A stretch of 64,000 nt of DNA from Candidatus Poribacteria bacterium (GCA_965242965.1 OZ251518.1:1280001-1344000), one strand, 5' to 3'; positions 50,072 through 60,697 are shown, counted from the stretch's first letter. Numbers and translations are program-made. Notes: a model not told the origin generated them from the letters alone.

Positions 50072-51914
50072 GAAAATCATCCTCCGCGACTTCGGCTGTT
50101 TTCAAGGCGAACGCGATTTTGAACTCACCGAAGGAGTCAATCTCATTTTCGGTCCGAATTTCAGCGGAAAAAGCACGCTAGTCAACACCATTTTTTTTAC
50201 GTTGACTGGCAAACCGATCTTCCCGCGCGTGGACGCGGCCGCGATAAAGAATCCTTATGCGAAACAAGGCACCGGCACTGCCGGGTTGCAGTTCGCCGAA
50301 AACGGCAGTCAGTATCAACTCTTTCGTGCAACAGGGCGACGCATCCTGCTCCGTTCTTCAAGTGATAGCGGTTGGCAGATTCACTTTGACGACAGCCGTG
50401 TCACGTTCGCCGCTTCACAGTTGCAAGAGCGGTTCGGGCTGTCGCATGAACATCTCGCGCTCACGGCGTTTCTCCGCGAAGGCGAAATTTTCGAGTTCCT
50501 CGCGCGGCAACCGGCAACGCGCCGCGATGTTCTCTACGCGCTCCTCGGCATTGATAGGCTCATGGAGGTGCGCGACCGTTTCATCGAAGCGCGCCGCCTC
50601 GCAAGAGGGGAAGGAAACCGCATCCGCGCGCATCAAAATAGCCTCCGAGTCAGGGCACAAAACCCCAACCAAGCCGAAATTCGGAAAATTGAGGCGAAAT
50701 TGAAGGAATTGGAGGCGGCATACGGCGCGGAAGCCGGCGACGCGGCGTTAATCGCCGAATGGATGCAAAGCCGCGAACGGTTGCAAACGCAATTGGAAAA
50801 CCTCACGCGCCAACAGGAAAACGCGCTGAACGGGTTTGACGATTTGGCGCAAATGCGTCAAATGATTTCCAAGATTGAGGCCGCCGTCGCGGAATCAGCC
50901 GGCATAGAGGGACATCGCGAAATCCTCCTCCAGCAGCTCGGCAGTCTGGAATCACATTTGACGACATTGACTACCGTCTGCGATACCCTCCGCGCGCTCA
51001 TTGAAAGTGAAAACGGACACTGCCCCACCTGTCATCAGAAAGTGGAACCTGCAGTGGTGCAACGCATCATTGACGAGAAGGAGGCGGAGAAGTTGAAGGT
51101 GGCTGCAGACTTGGAAGCGCGACAAAAGCAACTGAAAAAACAGACTGACGAACTGGGCAGTCGAAAGGCGTTGGAACGGCGGCTCCAAACCATTCAAGCG
51201 AACGCAACTCGCTTTGAACAACTCGCAAAAGCGATCGACGAAACGCAGCGCGAATTAGGCGCGCTAGAGGCGCGGTTAAAGGAGAGAGGGGTGGATAGCC
51301 GCGTGCAGGAGAGTCCGCATACCCCAAGAGATAAAGAACGACTGAAAGCGCAAATGGATAGCGAACGGCGGAGGCTTGTAAGCCTCAAGCAACAAGAGGC
51401 AGTGCGCATGGATAGGATGAACGAACTCCAGCGAGTTAATCGACAGGCTGGCAAGGTAGAACAGACACGGCTCAGCCTGGAATTGGCGTGCGAGGGGGTT
51501 GACAAAACCATCGCAACCCTCCAACGGCAAATCCTTCAGCCGGTTGAAGCGGAACTGCAGTCATGGCTTGAGCAGATGGAACTGTTCGGCAGAACGCGCA
51601 TTGACTTGCAGAAACAACACCTGCTCCCTTCCCTCACGATAGATGGCGTGGATAGAAGTCTCATGTTGCTCAGCGGCAGCGAGAAGATGTTCCTCTATCT
51701 CTGCTTCAAAGTTGCGCTTGCCAAGGTGTTGGGCAACCCCGGCTTCTTTGTATTCGATGATCCGACGCTCCATTTGGATGGCGAACGGAAGGCGTTGATG
51801 GTGGATTTTATTCGGCAACTCGCCGAAGAGCACCAGGTCATCGTGACGAGTTATGACGATGAGGTGCGCGCCGGTTTGAAGGACGCGCACCTCATTGAAA
51901 TGCACGCTTTGTAG
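50061..51914 (+). CDS. SbcC/Rad50-like SMC ATPase
   Basis: Walker A GPNFSGKS, coiled coil with CPTC hook, LSGSE signature, FVFDDP Walker B. Confidence 0.85.
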   Translation: MQLEKIILRDFGCFQGERDFELTEGVNLIFGPNFSGKSTLVNTIFFTLTGKPIFPRVDAAAIKNPYAKQGTGTAGLQFAENGSQYQLFRATGRRILLRSSSDSGWQIHFDDSRVTFAASQLQERFGLSHEHLALTAFLREGEIFEFLARQPATRRDVLYALLGIDRLMEVRDRFIEARRLARGEGNRIRAHQNSLRVRAQNPNQAEIRKIEAKLKELEAAYGAEAGDAALIAEWMQSRERLQTQLENLTRQQENALNGFDDLAQMRQMISKIEAAVAESAGIEGHREILLQQLGSLESHLTTLTTVCDTLRALIESENGHCPTCHQKVEPAVVQRIIDEKEAEKLKVAADLEARQKQLKKQTDELGSRKALERRLQTIQANATRFEQLAKAIDETQRELGALEARLKERGVDSRVQESPHTPRDKERLKAQMDSERRRLVSLKQQEAVRMDRMNELQRVNRQAGKVEQTRLSLELACEGVDKTIATLQRQILQPVEAELQSWLEQMELFGRTRIDLQKQHLLPSLTIDGVDRSLMLLSGSEKMFLYLCFKVALAKVLGNPGFFVFDDPTLHLDGERKALMVDFIRQLAEEHQVIVTSYDDEVRAGLKDAHLIEMHAL

Positions 51915-52066
51915 CGCGAATGTATATGCGCAGTCCGGTAGGCGCGGTTTCAAACCGCGCCTCCGGAAAAATGCGCCGAGCATCTAACATGCCGACACCC
52001 TAATCCCCGTGGAAGTTCCCGTAGGAGAGACCTCCCGGTCTCGATGCGAGCATGCCGCAACTACCC

Positions 52067-53023
52067 CTAGTCACCGTGGAAGATGGACAGAAGCATCCGT
52101 TCCACGTGTCTGGGGAAGGACGTGTCATAATTGTCCCAACTCGCGTACTGATCCAACTCAAGCGTCGTCGGCAGCGTATCCACCAGCCCGAAGACCGCGA
52201 AGAAACCCTGCTGTGCGATTGCCTCGTTAATCGCCGCAAACGTCGCGTCATACAAATCGTTGTAATACTGCGCGTTGTCGAAAAGAACCTGCGGGTCCGT
52301 TGAGATTGAGTGCGCATTCACGGCATGCACCAAATCCCACTCGCTGACAGTGTTCAGAATATGGCGAACGCCGGTGAAATTCTTATCGTCGACCCAATTC
52401 TTGTGCGTTAACTGCTTATCCTCATACATATCGGCAGTTACCACGATTTTTTCGTTGGGCAGATAGGTAATGGTAGTCGCCTCGCCATCACCGGGACCTA
52501 AGTGATGCAACTCCACCATTGTGTCACCGACAGGAATGCTCTCAAAATCGGTGAAGGTCTTGTCCAACTCAGGCACATCAATCAAATCCGACAAAGCGAA
52601 AACAGGGAGGCAGTTGACATGTCCGTAGACTGTCGCATCCGGAAAAATTCCCGTGCCGCCGATGTGGTCATAGTGCTCATGCGTGAGGACAATGTCCGTA
52701 ACCGGATTATCGGTGAGCGATGCAATAACGGCCGCTAACTTTTGTGCCCGGCCGTCATTCTGCGGATCCGTGATGAGCACATCCTGGCCGGAAATCACGA
52801 TTAGGCTGCTGCCAAAATCACCGAACCACTGGTAAATACCGGCGGCCAACTCTTTTGTATCTCCCTCAAGAGCTGCTGCCGCCTCTGCCGGTTCTGCTGC
52901 TTCTGCCGCCGCAGCGGCCTGCTGCAGCATCTTTTCCGGGGCTCGACTGCAACCGCTGAAAGCGATAACAGTTAGCAGGATACTAAAAAGGGCTAAACTC
53001 AGCCCCACGTTAAACTTCTTCAT
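52067..53023 (-). CDS. Metallo-beta-lactamase-fold lipoprotein
   Basis: Lipobox FSGC; THEHYDHIGG; Ala-rich linker. Confidence 0.8.
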   Translation of the reverse strand: MKKFNVGLSLALFSILLTVIAFSGCSRAPEKMLQQAAAAAEAAEPAEAAAALEGDTKELAAGIYQWFGDFGSSLIVISGQDVLITDPQNDGRAQKLAAVIASLTDNPVTDIVLTHEHYDHIGGTGIFPDATVYGHVNCLPVFALSDLIDVPELDKTFTDFESIPVGDTMVELHHLGPGDGEATTITYLPNEKIVVTADMYEDKQLTHKNWVDDKNFTGVRHILNTVSEWDLVHAVNAHSISTDPQVLFDNAQYYNDLYDATFAAINEAIAQQGFFAVFGLVDTLPTTLELDQYASWDNYDTSFPRHVERMLLSIFHGD

Positions 53024-53305
53024 TTGTCATTTCCTTTTTTTAGATATAGGATGGACGCAGGACGGTTCCAATAGGCGCGGCTGCCAACCACGCTACCTAT
53101 GGAGAATGATGTCATTTGCTTCCACCCTGGACATATAGATAGGGCTCCAAAACCGAAGAGATGACGAAAACCAGTAAACGGTTGGTTTCCCCTCTTCTGG
53201 CATTTCAAGCCCTGGTTGTTACATCTTATTATTATACAGAAAATGTAATTTTAAGTCAAATTTTAAAAAATTGTGAATATGAATCGGGAACCGCTATTTA
53301 CAACA

Positions 53306-53612
53306 CGATCGCGAGGGACAGGCCCTCGCGCTACGGAAACGAAAACCGTTCTTTACAACGCGATCGCGAGGGACAGGCCCTCGCGCTACGGCAGCAGGAA
53401 CCCCTAATGCACCGTAGGGCGGGGGCCTGTCCCCCGCCATGCCTGGGGTTACTGAACGTTCGCGAGGGACAGGCCCTCGCGCTACGGAAACGGAAACCCC
53501 TATTTACACCGAACGATCGCGAGGGACAGGCCCTCGCGCTACGGCCCGGGCGGCGGTACTATTTCCAATACGTTCGCGAGGGACAGGCCCTCGCGCTACG
53601 GCCCGGGCGGCG
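53306..53612. repeat. Array of CGCGAGGGACAGGCCCTCGCGCTACGG REP-like units
   Basis: Five direct copies and one inverted variant with related spacers. Confidence 0.85.
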
Positions 53613-53709
53613 GTTCTATTCGCGGTTTGTCATAAATCACGCGGAATTTTCTTGATAAATAAATCACTTTTTGGTAAAATTGAAACGTTAGATAAGGAGG
53701 AATAGAATT

Positions 53710-55302
53710 TTGATGAACGTTACACCGCAAGTCAACACGCTCTACTACGGCGACTGCCTAGAGGTAATGCGTGGTTGGGGGGACGGCTGGGTAGACGAGG
53801 TCTATCTCGATCCGCCGTTTAACTCCAACGCTGACTATAACATCATTTACGGCACGGACAGCGCGGGCACTCGCACGGCACAAGTGCAGGCGTTTACAGA
53901 TACGTGGACATGGGATGAAGCCGCCATCTCGCGCGTCAATGACATTGAACTTGACGTGCTCCATCCCGCGCACCGAGCCGTTATCGTCTTAAAAACGGCA
54001 CTCGGCGAATCCGGCATGCTCGCCTATGTCAGTTATATGGCGGAACGCCTCGCCGAGATGCATCGGCTCCTGAAGCCAACAGGCACCCTCTGGTTACACT
54101 GCGACCAGACAGCGAGCCACTACCTGAAAATCGCGCTGGATCTTCTGTTTGGCGCGCGGAACTTTTGCAACGAGATTATGTGGAAGAAGACGAACTCGCC
54201 GAAGCCGCAGGCAACCTTCTTTGGCGCGCAGAAAGACGTTATCTTGGTTTACGCGAAGGATGTATCGCAGACCAAGTTCCACAAAATCTATCGCGAACAC
54301 GATGAGAAGGCATTGAAAATCTATCGCTACGATGACAACGATGGGCGTGGGATTTACCGCACAATTTCAATTGAGGCCCATGGATTACAGCGTTCTGCCG
54401 GCCGAAAACAGTTTGAGTTTAAGGGACGCGTCGCGCCTTATCTCTACAGTCTTGAGCGTTTGCAAGCGTGGGATGCTGAGGGACGTATCCATACCTCGCG
54501 GAACGGGTTGCATCGTCGAAAGCAATACCTGAATGAAAGTCCGGGCATCGTTTGCTCCGATATTTGGACAGACAATGAGGTAAACCCCATTCAGGGGAAA
54601 GAGCGGTTGTATCCGACGCAGAAACCACTAGCGTTGCTGGAACGCGTCATCAACGCTGCCACCGATGAAGGCGATATTGTGCTGGATCCGTTTTGCGGTT
54701 GCGGCACGACAATCGTCGCCGCACACAAACTCAACCGAAAGTGGATTGGGATAGACATCTCACCGTTTGTCGTCGACATTATTGGGACGCAGCGGTTCGG
54801 CGGCATGAAGTTGAACACCGATGGCATCCCAACCGATATGGAGAGCGCGAAGAAACTCGCGCGCGAAAAGCCGTTCCATTTTGAGGCATGGGCCGTTACA
54901 CGCGTCCCTGGGCTCGCCGCTAATGATGTGCGCAGCGGGGACCGGGGTATTGACGGCCGCGGCGTGCTTGTCACGAAACCGGCGGGGGCAACATCCAATG
55001 TCGTCTTGGCGCAGGTGAAAGGTGGTAGATTTCAGTTGAGTCATCTTCGCGACTTCCTGTGGGTGCTGGAACGCGAAAAGGCACTCTTTGGCGTATTTAT
55101 CACCTTGGAGCCGATTACGTCCGCGCAAGCGAAATCGGAAATGGCGCGGCTTGGGGAGATAACGGTGGGGGCATCGGTGTATCCGCGGGTGCAATCCTGG
55201 TCGATCCAAGATTACTTTGCGGGCCGTTTGCCGCAGCTGCCGCCCCTGAACGATCCCTATACGGGCAAACCGATGAGAACGGTGCTGCCGTTGGGGGTGT
55301 AG
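53710..55302 (+). CDS. Beta-class DNA methyltransferase fused to Mrr-like domain (tandem copy 1)
   Basis: DPPFNS, YPTQKP, DPFCGCGTT, DRGIDG..AQVKGG. Confidence 0.9.
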   Translation: MMNVTPQVNTLYYGDCLEVMRGWGDGWVDEVYLDPPFNSNADYNIIYGTDSAGTRTAQVQAFTDTWTWDEAAISRVNDIELDVLHPAHRAVIVLKTALGESGMLAYVSYMAERLAEMHRLLKPTGTLWLHCDQTASHYLKIALDLLFGARNFCNEIMWKKTNSPKPQATFFGAQKDVILVYAKDVSQTKFHKIYREHDEKALKIYRYDDNDGRGIYRTISIEAHGLQRSAGRKQFEFKGRVAPYLYSLERLQAWDAEGRIHTSRNGLHRRKQYLNESPGIVCSDIWTDNEVNPIQGKERLYPTQKPLALLERVINAATDEGDIVLDPFCGCGTTIVAAHKLNRKWIGIDISPFVVDIIGTQRFGGMKLNTDGIPTDMESAKKLAREKPFHFEAWAVTRVPGLAANDVRSGDRGIDGRGVLVTKPAGATSNVVLAQVKGGRFQLSHLRDFLWVLEREKALFGVFITLEPITSAQAKSEMARLGEITVGASVYPRVQSWSIQDYFAGRLPQLPPLNDPYTGKPMRTVLPLGV

Positions 55303-55311
55303 AGGATAAGA

Positions 55312-56895
55312 ATGAGCATCGTTACGCCGCAAGTCAACACATTTTATTACGGTGATTGTTTGGAGGTGATGCGCCGTTGGGAAGACAACTGCGTTGATGC
55401 AGTCTATCTCGATCCGCCGTTTAACTCCAACGCCGACTACAATATCATCTATGGCACGAGCGGCACGGCGCAGGTGCAGGCGTTTACGGATACGTGGACA
55501 TGGGATACGGAGGCGATTCAGCGCGTCCATCACATTGAACACGCTGCGAATCATCCGGCGCAGCAAGCCATAGTTGGGTTAAAAGTGTTACTCGGCGAAT
55601 CTGGCATGCTCGCCTATGTCAGTTATATGGCGGAACGCCTCGCTGAGATGCATCGGCTCCTGAAACCGACAGGCACGCTCTGGTTACACTGCGATGAAAC
55701 AGCGAGTCACTACCTGAAAATCGCGCTAGATCTCTTGTTTGGCGCGCAGAACTTCTGCAACGAGATTATGTGGAAGAAGTTGAGCTCACCGAAACCACAG
55801 GCAACTTTCTTTGGCGTGCAGAAAGATGTTATCTTGGTTTACGCGAAGGATGTATCGCAAACCAAGTTCCACAAAATCTATCGTGCACACGATGAGAAGG
55901 CATTGAAGCCCTATCGCTACGATGACAACGATGGGCGCGGGCCTTATCGCACTAATGCCCTTTCAAATAAGACCTCGTTAGGCGGCTTCGGGAAGATGCG
56001 GACGTGGGAGTGGCGAGGGGCAACGGCGCGCTGGATTTACAGTCTTGAGAAACTGGAAGCACTGTGGGCGGATAGGCGTATCCATACCTCACGGAACGGA
56101 CTGCATCGCATGAAGCAATACCTCCACGAGAGTCCCGGCATCGTCGTTTCCGATATTTGGACAGATAGCGATGTCAACCCGATTCAGGGGAAGGAGCGGT
56201 TATATCCGACGCAGAAACCGCTAGCCTTATTGGAACGCATAGTCAAGGCTTCCACCGATGAGGGAGATATTGTGCTGGATCCGTTCTGTGGTTGCGGCAC
56301 GACAATCGTCGCCGCACACAAACTCAACCGGAAGTGGATTGGGATAGACATCTCACCGTTTGTCGTCGACATTATTGAGACGCAGCGGTTCGGCGGCATG
56401 AAGTTGAACACCGATGGTATCCCAACCGATATGGAGAGCGCGAAGAAGCTCGCTCGCGAGAAGCCGTTCCATTTTGAAGCATGGGCTGTTACACGCGTCC
56501 CCGGGCTCGCCGCCAATGATGTGCGCCGCGGTGACAGGGGTATTGACGGCCGCGGCGTGCTTGTCACGAAACCGGCGGGGGCAACATCCAATGTCGTCTT
56601 GGCGCAGGTGAAAGGCGGTAGATTTCAGTTGAGTCATCTTCGCGATTTCCTGTGGGTGCTGGAACGCGAAAAGGCACTCTTTGGCGTATTTATCACTTTG
56701 GAGCCGGTTACGTCTGCGCAAGCGAAATCGGAAATGGCGCGGCTTGGGGAGATAACGGTGGGTGCGTCGGTGTATCCGCGGGTGCAATCCTGGTCTGTCC
56801 AAGATTACTTTGCGGGCCGTTTGCCATCGCTGCCGCCAATGAACGATCCCTATACGGGCAAACCGATGCGAACGGTGTTGCCATTGGGGGTGTAG
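55312..56895 (+). CDS. Beta-class DNA methyltransferase fused to Mrr-like domain (tandem copy 2)
   Basis: Near-identical to copy 1 except parts of the N-terminal region and a central ~45-aa segment. Confidence 0.9.
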   Translation: MSIVTPQVNTFYYGDCLEVMRRWEDNCVDAVYLDPPFNSNADYNIIYGTSGTAQVQAFTDTWTWDTEAIQRVHHIEHAANHPAQQAIVGLKVLLGESGMLAYVSYMAERLAEMHRLLKPTGTLWLHCDETASHYLKIALDLLFGAQNFCNEIMWKKLSSPKPQATFFGVQKDVILVYAKDVSQTKFHKIYRAHDEKALKPYRYDDNDGRGPYRTNALSNKTSLGGFGKMRTWEWRGATARWIYSLEKLEALWADRRIHTSRNGLHRMKQYLHESPGIVVSDIWTDSDVNPIQGKERLYPTQKPLALLERIVKASTDEGDIVLDPFCGCGTTIVAAHKLNRKWIGIDISPFVVDIIETQRFGGMKLNTDGIPTDMESAKKLAREKPFHFEAWAVTRVPGLAANDVRRGDRGIDGRGVLVTKPAGATSNVVLAQVKGGRFQLSHLRDFLWVLEREKALFGVFITLEPVTSAQAKSEMARLGEITVGASVYPRVQSWSVQDYFAGRLPSLPPMNDPYTGKPMRTVLPLGV

Positions 56896-56900
56896 AGATC

Positions 56901-57714
56901 AAGTGAGGGTGTTTCATAACTCGCTCAACGTCGCGGTGATAGTCCCCGCGATACGATGAAAAAACGCCGCCCCTTTACGTAGGGCGAGGGCCTGTCCCTC
57001 GCCATCGTTCGCGCGCCGGAAAAAACGTCTCTGGTTCTCTTCAGGTCCGTAGGACCTGAATGTCTATAGCACGCGCAGACGCGAAGAATGCTAAGGGCCT
57101 TTAGGTCCTTAATATTTTGCCAGGTCCGCGTGGTTTTTATTAAGGACCTAAAGGACCTTGAAAACGTAACGACACGTTTTTCTATAGACATGTAGGACCT
57201 AAAGGACCTAAAAACATAACTTGTCAATGGAGATCGCAGGGGACAGGCCCCCGCGCTACGGTGAAAAATGGGGAATTGCCGGTAGGCGAGTCCTCCCGGT
57301 CTCGATGCGAGCGATGTCCTCCCCGTAGGAGAGACCTCCCGGTCTCGATTTTTCGTATCGGGACAGGGATGTCCCTCCTACCGCCAAGGCATCGGGCCCA
57401 CCTCTGTAGTTCGGGAGCGCCCGCTCCCGAACGAGTCAGGATCAGGCGATCCTGCCCTACAGGGGTGAGGCGGTCTGCCAGCCAAACGCATGGCGAGGGA
57501 AACCCGCTCGCATGCGCGTGTGGCATGCGAGGGCCCTCGCCCTACGTGAAGGTGAAGGGGACTGTTTTTAACCGTAGCGCGGGGGCCTGTCCCCCGCGAT
57601 CGCAGCATGGCGAGGGACAGGCCCTCGCCCTACGTAAAGGGGTAGCGTTTTTTTCAACGTAGCGCGGGGGACAGGCCCCCGCGACGTTGGACGATTTAGG
57701 AAACACCCTCACTT
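56901..57714. mobile_element. Second MITE-like composite element filled with REP-like hairpins
   Basis: AAGTGAGGGTGTTTCATAA (56901-56919) / TTAGGAAACACCCTCACTT (57696-57714), 1 mismatch in 19. Confidence 0.6.
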
Positions 57715-57780
57715 AATAAGAGCGTCAGTCAAAAAGTCCAGATTCGATCTGCTATCTTTCAGGAATAAGCACAGCATGCG

Positions 57781-59232
57781 TTAAAACCGTTTCAGATAAA
57801 TATCTCCATTATCCCGCTGCGTATTACTCCAGACGACAACCCAATGTCCGTTCCCGACAGAGACGACAAACGGCGGATAATGCTTTCCCTCACGGATAGA
57901 GATGGGGACTCCGTTTTCTTTCCACAGTAAGTTCCCGTCTAAATCAAGCTGCTGTCCGTAGATGGCATCGCTGCTCTCTTCGCCGAAGTCTTCGCGGTAA
58001 TCCAGCCATGCGACGAAGAACCGATTCGCTTCCGTGCGGACGATGAACGGTTTATCTTGATGCCCACCGGCGGTGCAGAGAGGGATGCCATCTTTTTCCC
58101 AGGCCGCTGTCCCATCGGCACGGATGCGCTGCATATAGAGCTCGGAATAGACATCGCGTTCATCACGCCAAACGGCGATGAAACCGCCACTTCCATCGCT
58201 GACAACGGAGGCATGCTTCTGAATCCCCGGTGCCGTGCATAAAGCGATGCCGTTCTCACCCCACAACTTACTACCGTCGGGGGCGATGCGCTGCGCGTAG
58301 AGTTCATCGTTGATGAAATTCTCATACACCTGCCAGAGGACGATAACCCCGCCTTCACCATCGGCAATCATACGCGGTTCCCCTTGCATCCCATCCGGCG
58401 GAGAGACGAGGCGCGGGGTATCCCACAGCGGTTCCCCAGTGAAACTTAGCCGATACGCCATGATGTGCCACGCGTCGTAGCCGATAACGTCCCACCACAC
58501 AATATAAAAACCACCCCTACCATCGGCTATGAGCCCCGGGTCGCTCTGTAAGGATTCTGATGGAAAGACAGGAATGCCATCCTGCTGCCAGAGTGGCTGC
58601 CCCGTCGGGCTCAGCCGTTGAATGTAGAGATCTTGGAATTCGGAGCTCTGTCGTTCATCTTCCCAAACGCAAATAGCACCGCCTTCGTCATCGCTCAGGA
58701 GTGCTTGTGTCGACTGATCTGCAGTGTTAGTGCAGACAGGAATGCCATCGGTTTGCCATAACACTTCGCCGGCAAGATTCACCGCCTGCGCGTAGATATC
58801 CCAGTTAGTCCTGTCACGTCTATCATTCCAGACGACGATTGCATGCGTCTCGTGCCGAACCGTTCGCAAGCGGCGTTGGTTTCTGTCCGCGCGACAAAGC
58901 GGGATCCCATCTGCTTCCCAGACTGCTGTGCCGGTGTTATCCACGCGCTGCGCGTAAACGTCCCAATCCTTGCCGGTGCGGTAGTCTTCCCACATCACGA
59001 TAACGCCGCCATCGCCATCGGCAACCACCCACGGCAAAAATTGCCCATCTTGCGCAGTTGAGACTGCAATCTCAGTGGAGATTGGTAGGCGCGCTTTGAG
59101 AGTATGCTCTTCGCTTGAAGCAGAAAGACAAACGATAAGCATCCCTATCCAGAAGAGACAGAGCCAATAATAGATGCCATGACTTCTCGCCAGACGCACG
59201 GTTAATCGGATGAAAGCGTTTTGGGTGTCCAT
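57781..59232 (-). CDS. Secreted repeat protein (about 7 repeats DG.GG....W.D.R....DIYAQR.....G..LW..DG..[VL]C), probable beta-propeller
   Basis: ~60-aa repeats visible in translation; N-terminal hydrophobic segment. Confidence 0.75.
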   Translation of the reverse strand: MDTQNAFIRLTVRLARSHGIYYWLCLFWIGMLIVCLSASSEEHTLKARLPISTEIAVSTAQDGQFLPWVVADGDGGVIVMWEDYRTGKDWDVYAQRVDNTGTAVWEADGIPLCRADRNQRRLRTVRHETHAIVVWNDRRDRTNWDIYAQAVNLAGEVLWQTDGIPVCTNTADQSTQALLSDDEGGAICVWEDERQSSEFQDLYIQRLSPTGQPLWQQDGIPVFPSESLQSDPGLIADGRGGFYIVWWDVIGYDAWHIMAYRLSFTGEPLWDTPRLVSPPDGMQGEPRMIADGEGGVIVLWQVYENFINDELYAQRIAPDGSKLWGENGIALCTAPGIQKHASVVSDGSGGFIAVWRDERDVYSELYMQRIRADGTAAWEKDGIPLCTAGGHQDKPFIVRTEANRFFVAWLDYREDFGEESSDAIYGQQLDLDGNLLWKENGVPISIREGKHYPPFVVSVGNGHWVVVWSNTQRDNGDIYLKRF

Positions 59233-59696
59233 AGATTCACCACGGTTGCGTCTACCTCTCTGAGGACATCCCACCGTTGGGTGGGCAGCTCAAGGTGAGC
59301 GATTGCCGCTGTAGGCATCTGCCTATAGGTACTCGCTAAGGTGAGCAAGAGGGCTTCCAAGACAGGATTATGCCCAACGATTAAGACGCGTTCATAAGCA
59401 TTCGGCAGGACGTGCAAGGTTTTAATGTAGTTCCATGCTGATGTCTCATAAAGCACGTCTAGCAGCTCCGGTTCTCCATCGTACTGACAGGCTTGCGCGA
59501 CGTGGCTAGCCGTGTCGCGCGCACGCTTTGCCGATGAACTGAGGATAAGTTCCGGCGTTAACTTGTTTTCCAGCAGCAACTTGCCCATGCGCGGTGCATC
59601 GCGCAGCCCACGCTTGTTGAGCGGCCGCTCGTGGTCTGGGAGCTCTGGCTGGTCCCAACTTGATTTAGCGTGCCGCATCAGGAGTAATGTTTTCAT
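59202..59696 (-). CDS. SixA-type histidine phosphatase
   Basis: LMRHAKS, DHERPLNKRG, SS.A.RA..T, VGHNP; GGAGG RBS. Confidence 0.88.
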   Translation of the reverse strand: MKTLLLMRHAKSSWDQPELPDHERPLNKRGLRDAPRMGKLLLENKLTPELILSSSAKRARDTASHVAQACQYDGEPELLDVLYETSAWNYIKTLHVLPNAYERVLIVGHNPVLEALLLTLASTYRQMPTAAIAHLELPTQRWDVLREVDATVVNLWTPKTLSSD

Positions 59697-59887
59697 TATC
59701 CCTCCCTTCCTCAAATGATGTTTTGTCATTAATCATAACAGAATTGAACTGAAAAAACAAGTGAAAAATTTTCTTGCATTCTCCGCGTTTTTGTGGTATC
59801 ATTTTAATAGTGCGGTATTTGTCAACGTTTTCAGAGGTAGATTCGTTAAAGCGTTCAGAAAACATACTTCAGAGGAGAAATAATATC

Positions 59888-60697
59888 ATGTTTGCCAAAA
59901 TCAACGAATTCACGAAACTCTTGAAAGCGGTGTGCTACCTGCTCCCGGCGGTGTTCATCCTCGGTTTCTATGGGTGCTCTATCGATTCCAACGACAGCGA
60001 CGATGACGAACCGCCCGCTGTCCCACGCGGGGTTTTCACCACGACAGGTGACGAGCAGATCAGCGTTGCGTGGTATCCTAACGCCGAATACGACTTGGCG
60101 GGTTACCGTGTCTGGCGCGGATACGACGGCACCAATTTCGACGAATTGCTGACAGAAACGGCATCGTCTCGCTACGTTGATACCGATGTGCGCAACGGCG
60201 AAACCTATTTTTACGCCGTGTCCGCCTACGATATTTACGGGAACGAAAGCGCGCTCAGTCCCGAAGACGCGCCGGATACCCCGCGGCCCGAAGGACGAAA
60301 CATCGTCCTCAACGACTGGCAGCTCATGCCGGGCCGCAGCGGGTTCGATGTTTCACGGCCCGAAAAAGGGAGCATTCACTGGGATACACCCCAAACCGAT
60401 TTCTATTTCGGCTTGGAGCCCGAAATCAACGTCACTTACTTTTATTCCGATAACGAGACGCTGATGCAGGATTTGGGGTATCACGAGAACTTTGACGCTG
60501 TCGATGTCGTCCCCGAAATGGGGTATACCACGCTATTTGTGGAAGCGATTGAGGGACATATCTACGCGTTCTATACACCCGATGGAAACTTCGCGAAGAT
60601 TCAGGTGCGCGAACTCTCCGACGACGAAGTTCTCTTTGACTGGGCATACCAGCCAGACCCCGAGAATGTCCAACTCGCGCCGGCTTTAAACCGATGA
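59888..60697 (+). CDS. Lipoprotein with fibronectin type III-like domain
   Basis: Lipobox FYGC; W..N.E.DLAGYRV, YFYAVSAYD..GNES. Confidence 0.8.
   Translation: MFAKINEFTKLLKAVCYLLPAVFILGFYGCSIDSNDSDDDEPPAVPRGVFTTTGDEQISVAWYPNAEYDLAGYRVWRGYDGTNFDELLTETASSRYVDTDVRNGETYFYAVSAYDIYGNESALSPEDAPDTPRPEGRNIVLNDWQLMPGRSGFDVSRPEKGSIHWDTPQTDFYFGLEPEINVTYFYSDNETLMQDLGYHENFDAVDVVPEMGYTTLFVEAIEGHIYAFYTPDGNFAKIQVRELSDDEVLFDWAYQPDPENVQLAPALNR

Noticed and set aside
53306-53612. CRISPR-like array of ~27-bp palindromic repeats
   Set aside because: The repeat is the window-wide GTAG REP unit, spacers are related to each other and irregular, one unit is inverted, and no cas genes are present
53710-56895. Diversity-generating retroelement TR/VR pair
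   Set aside because: Differences are not adenine-restricted, both copies are full genes, and no reverse transcriptase is present
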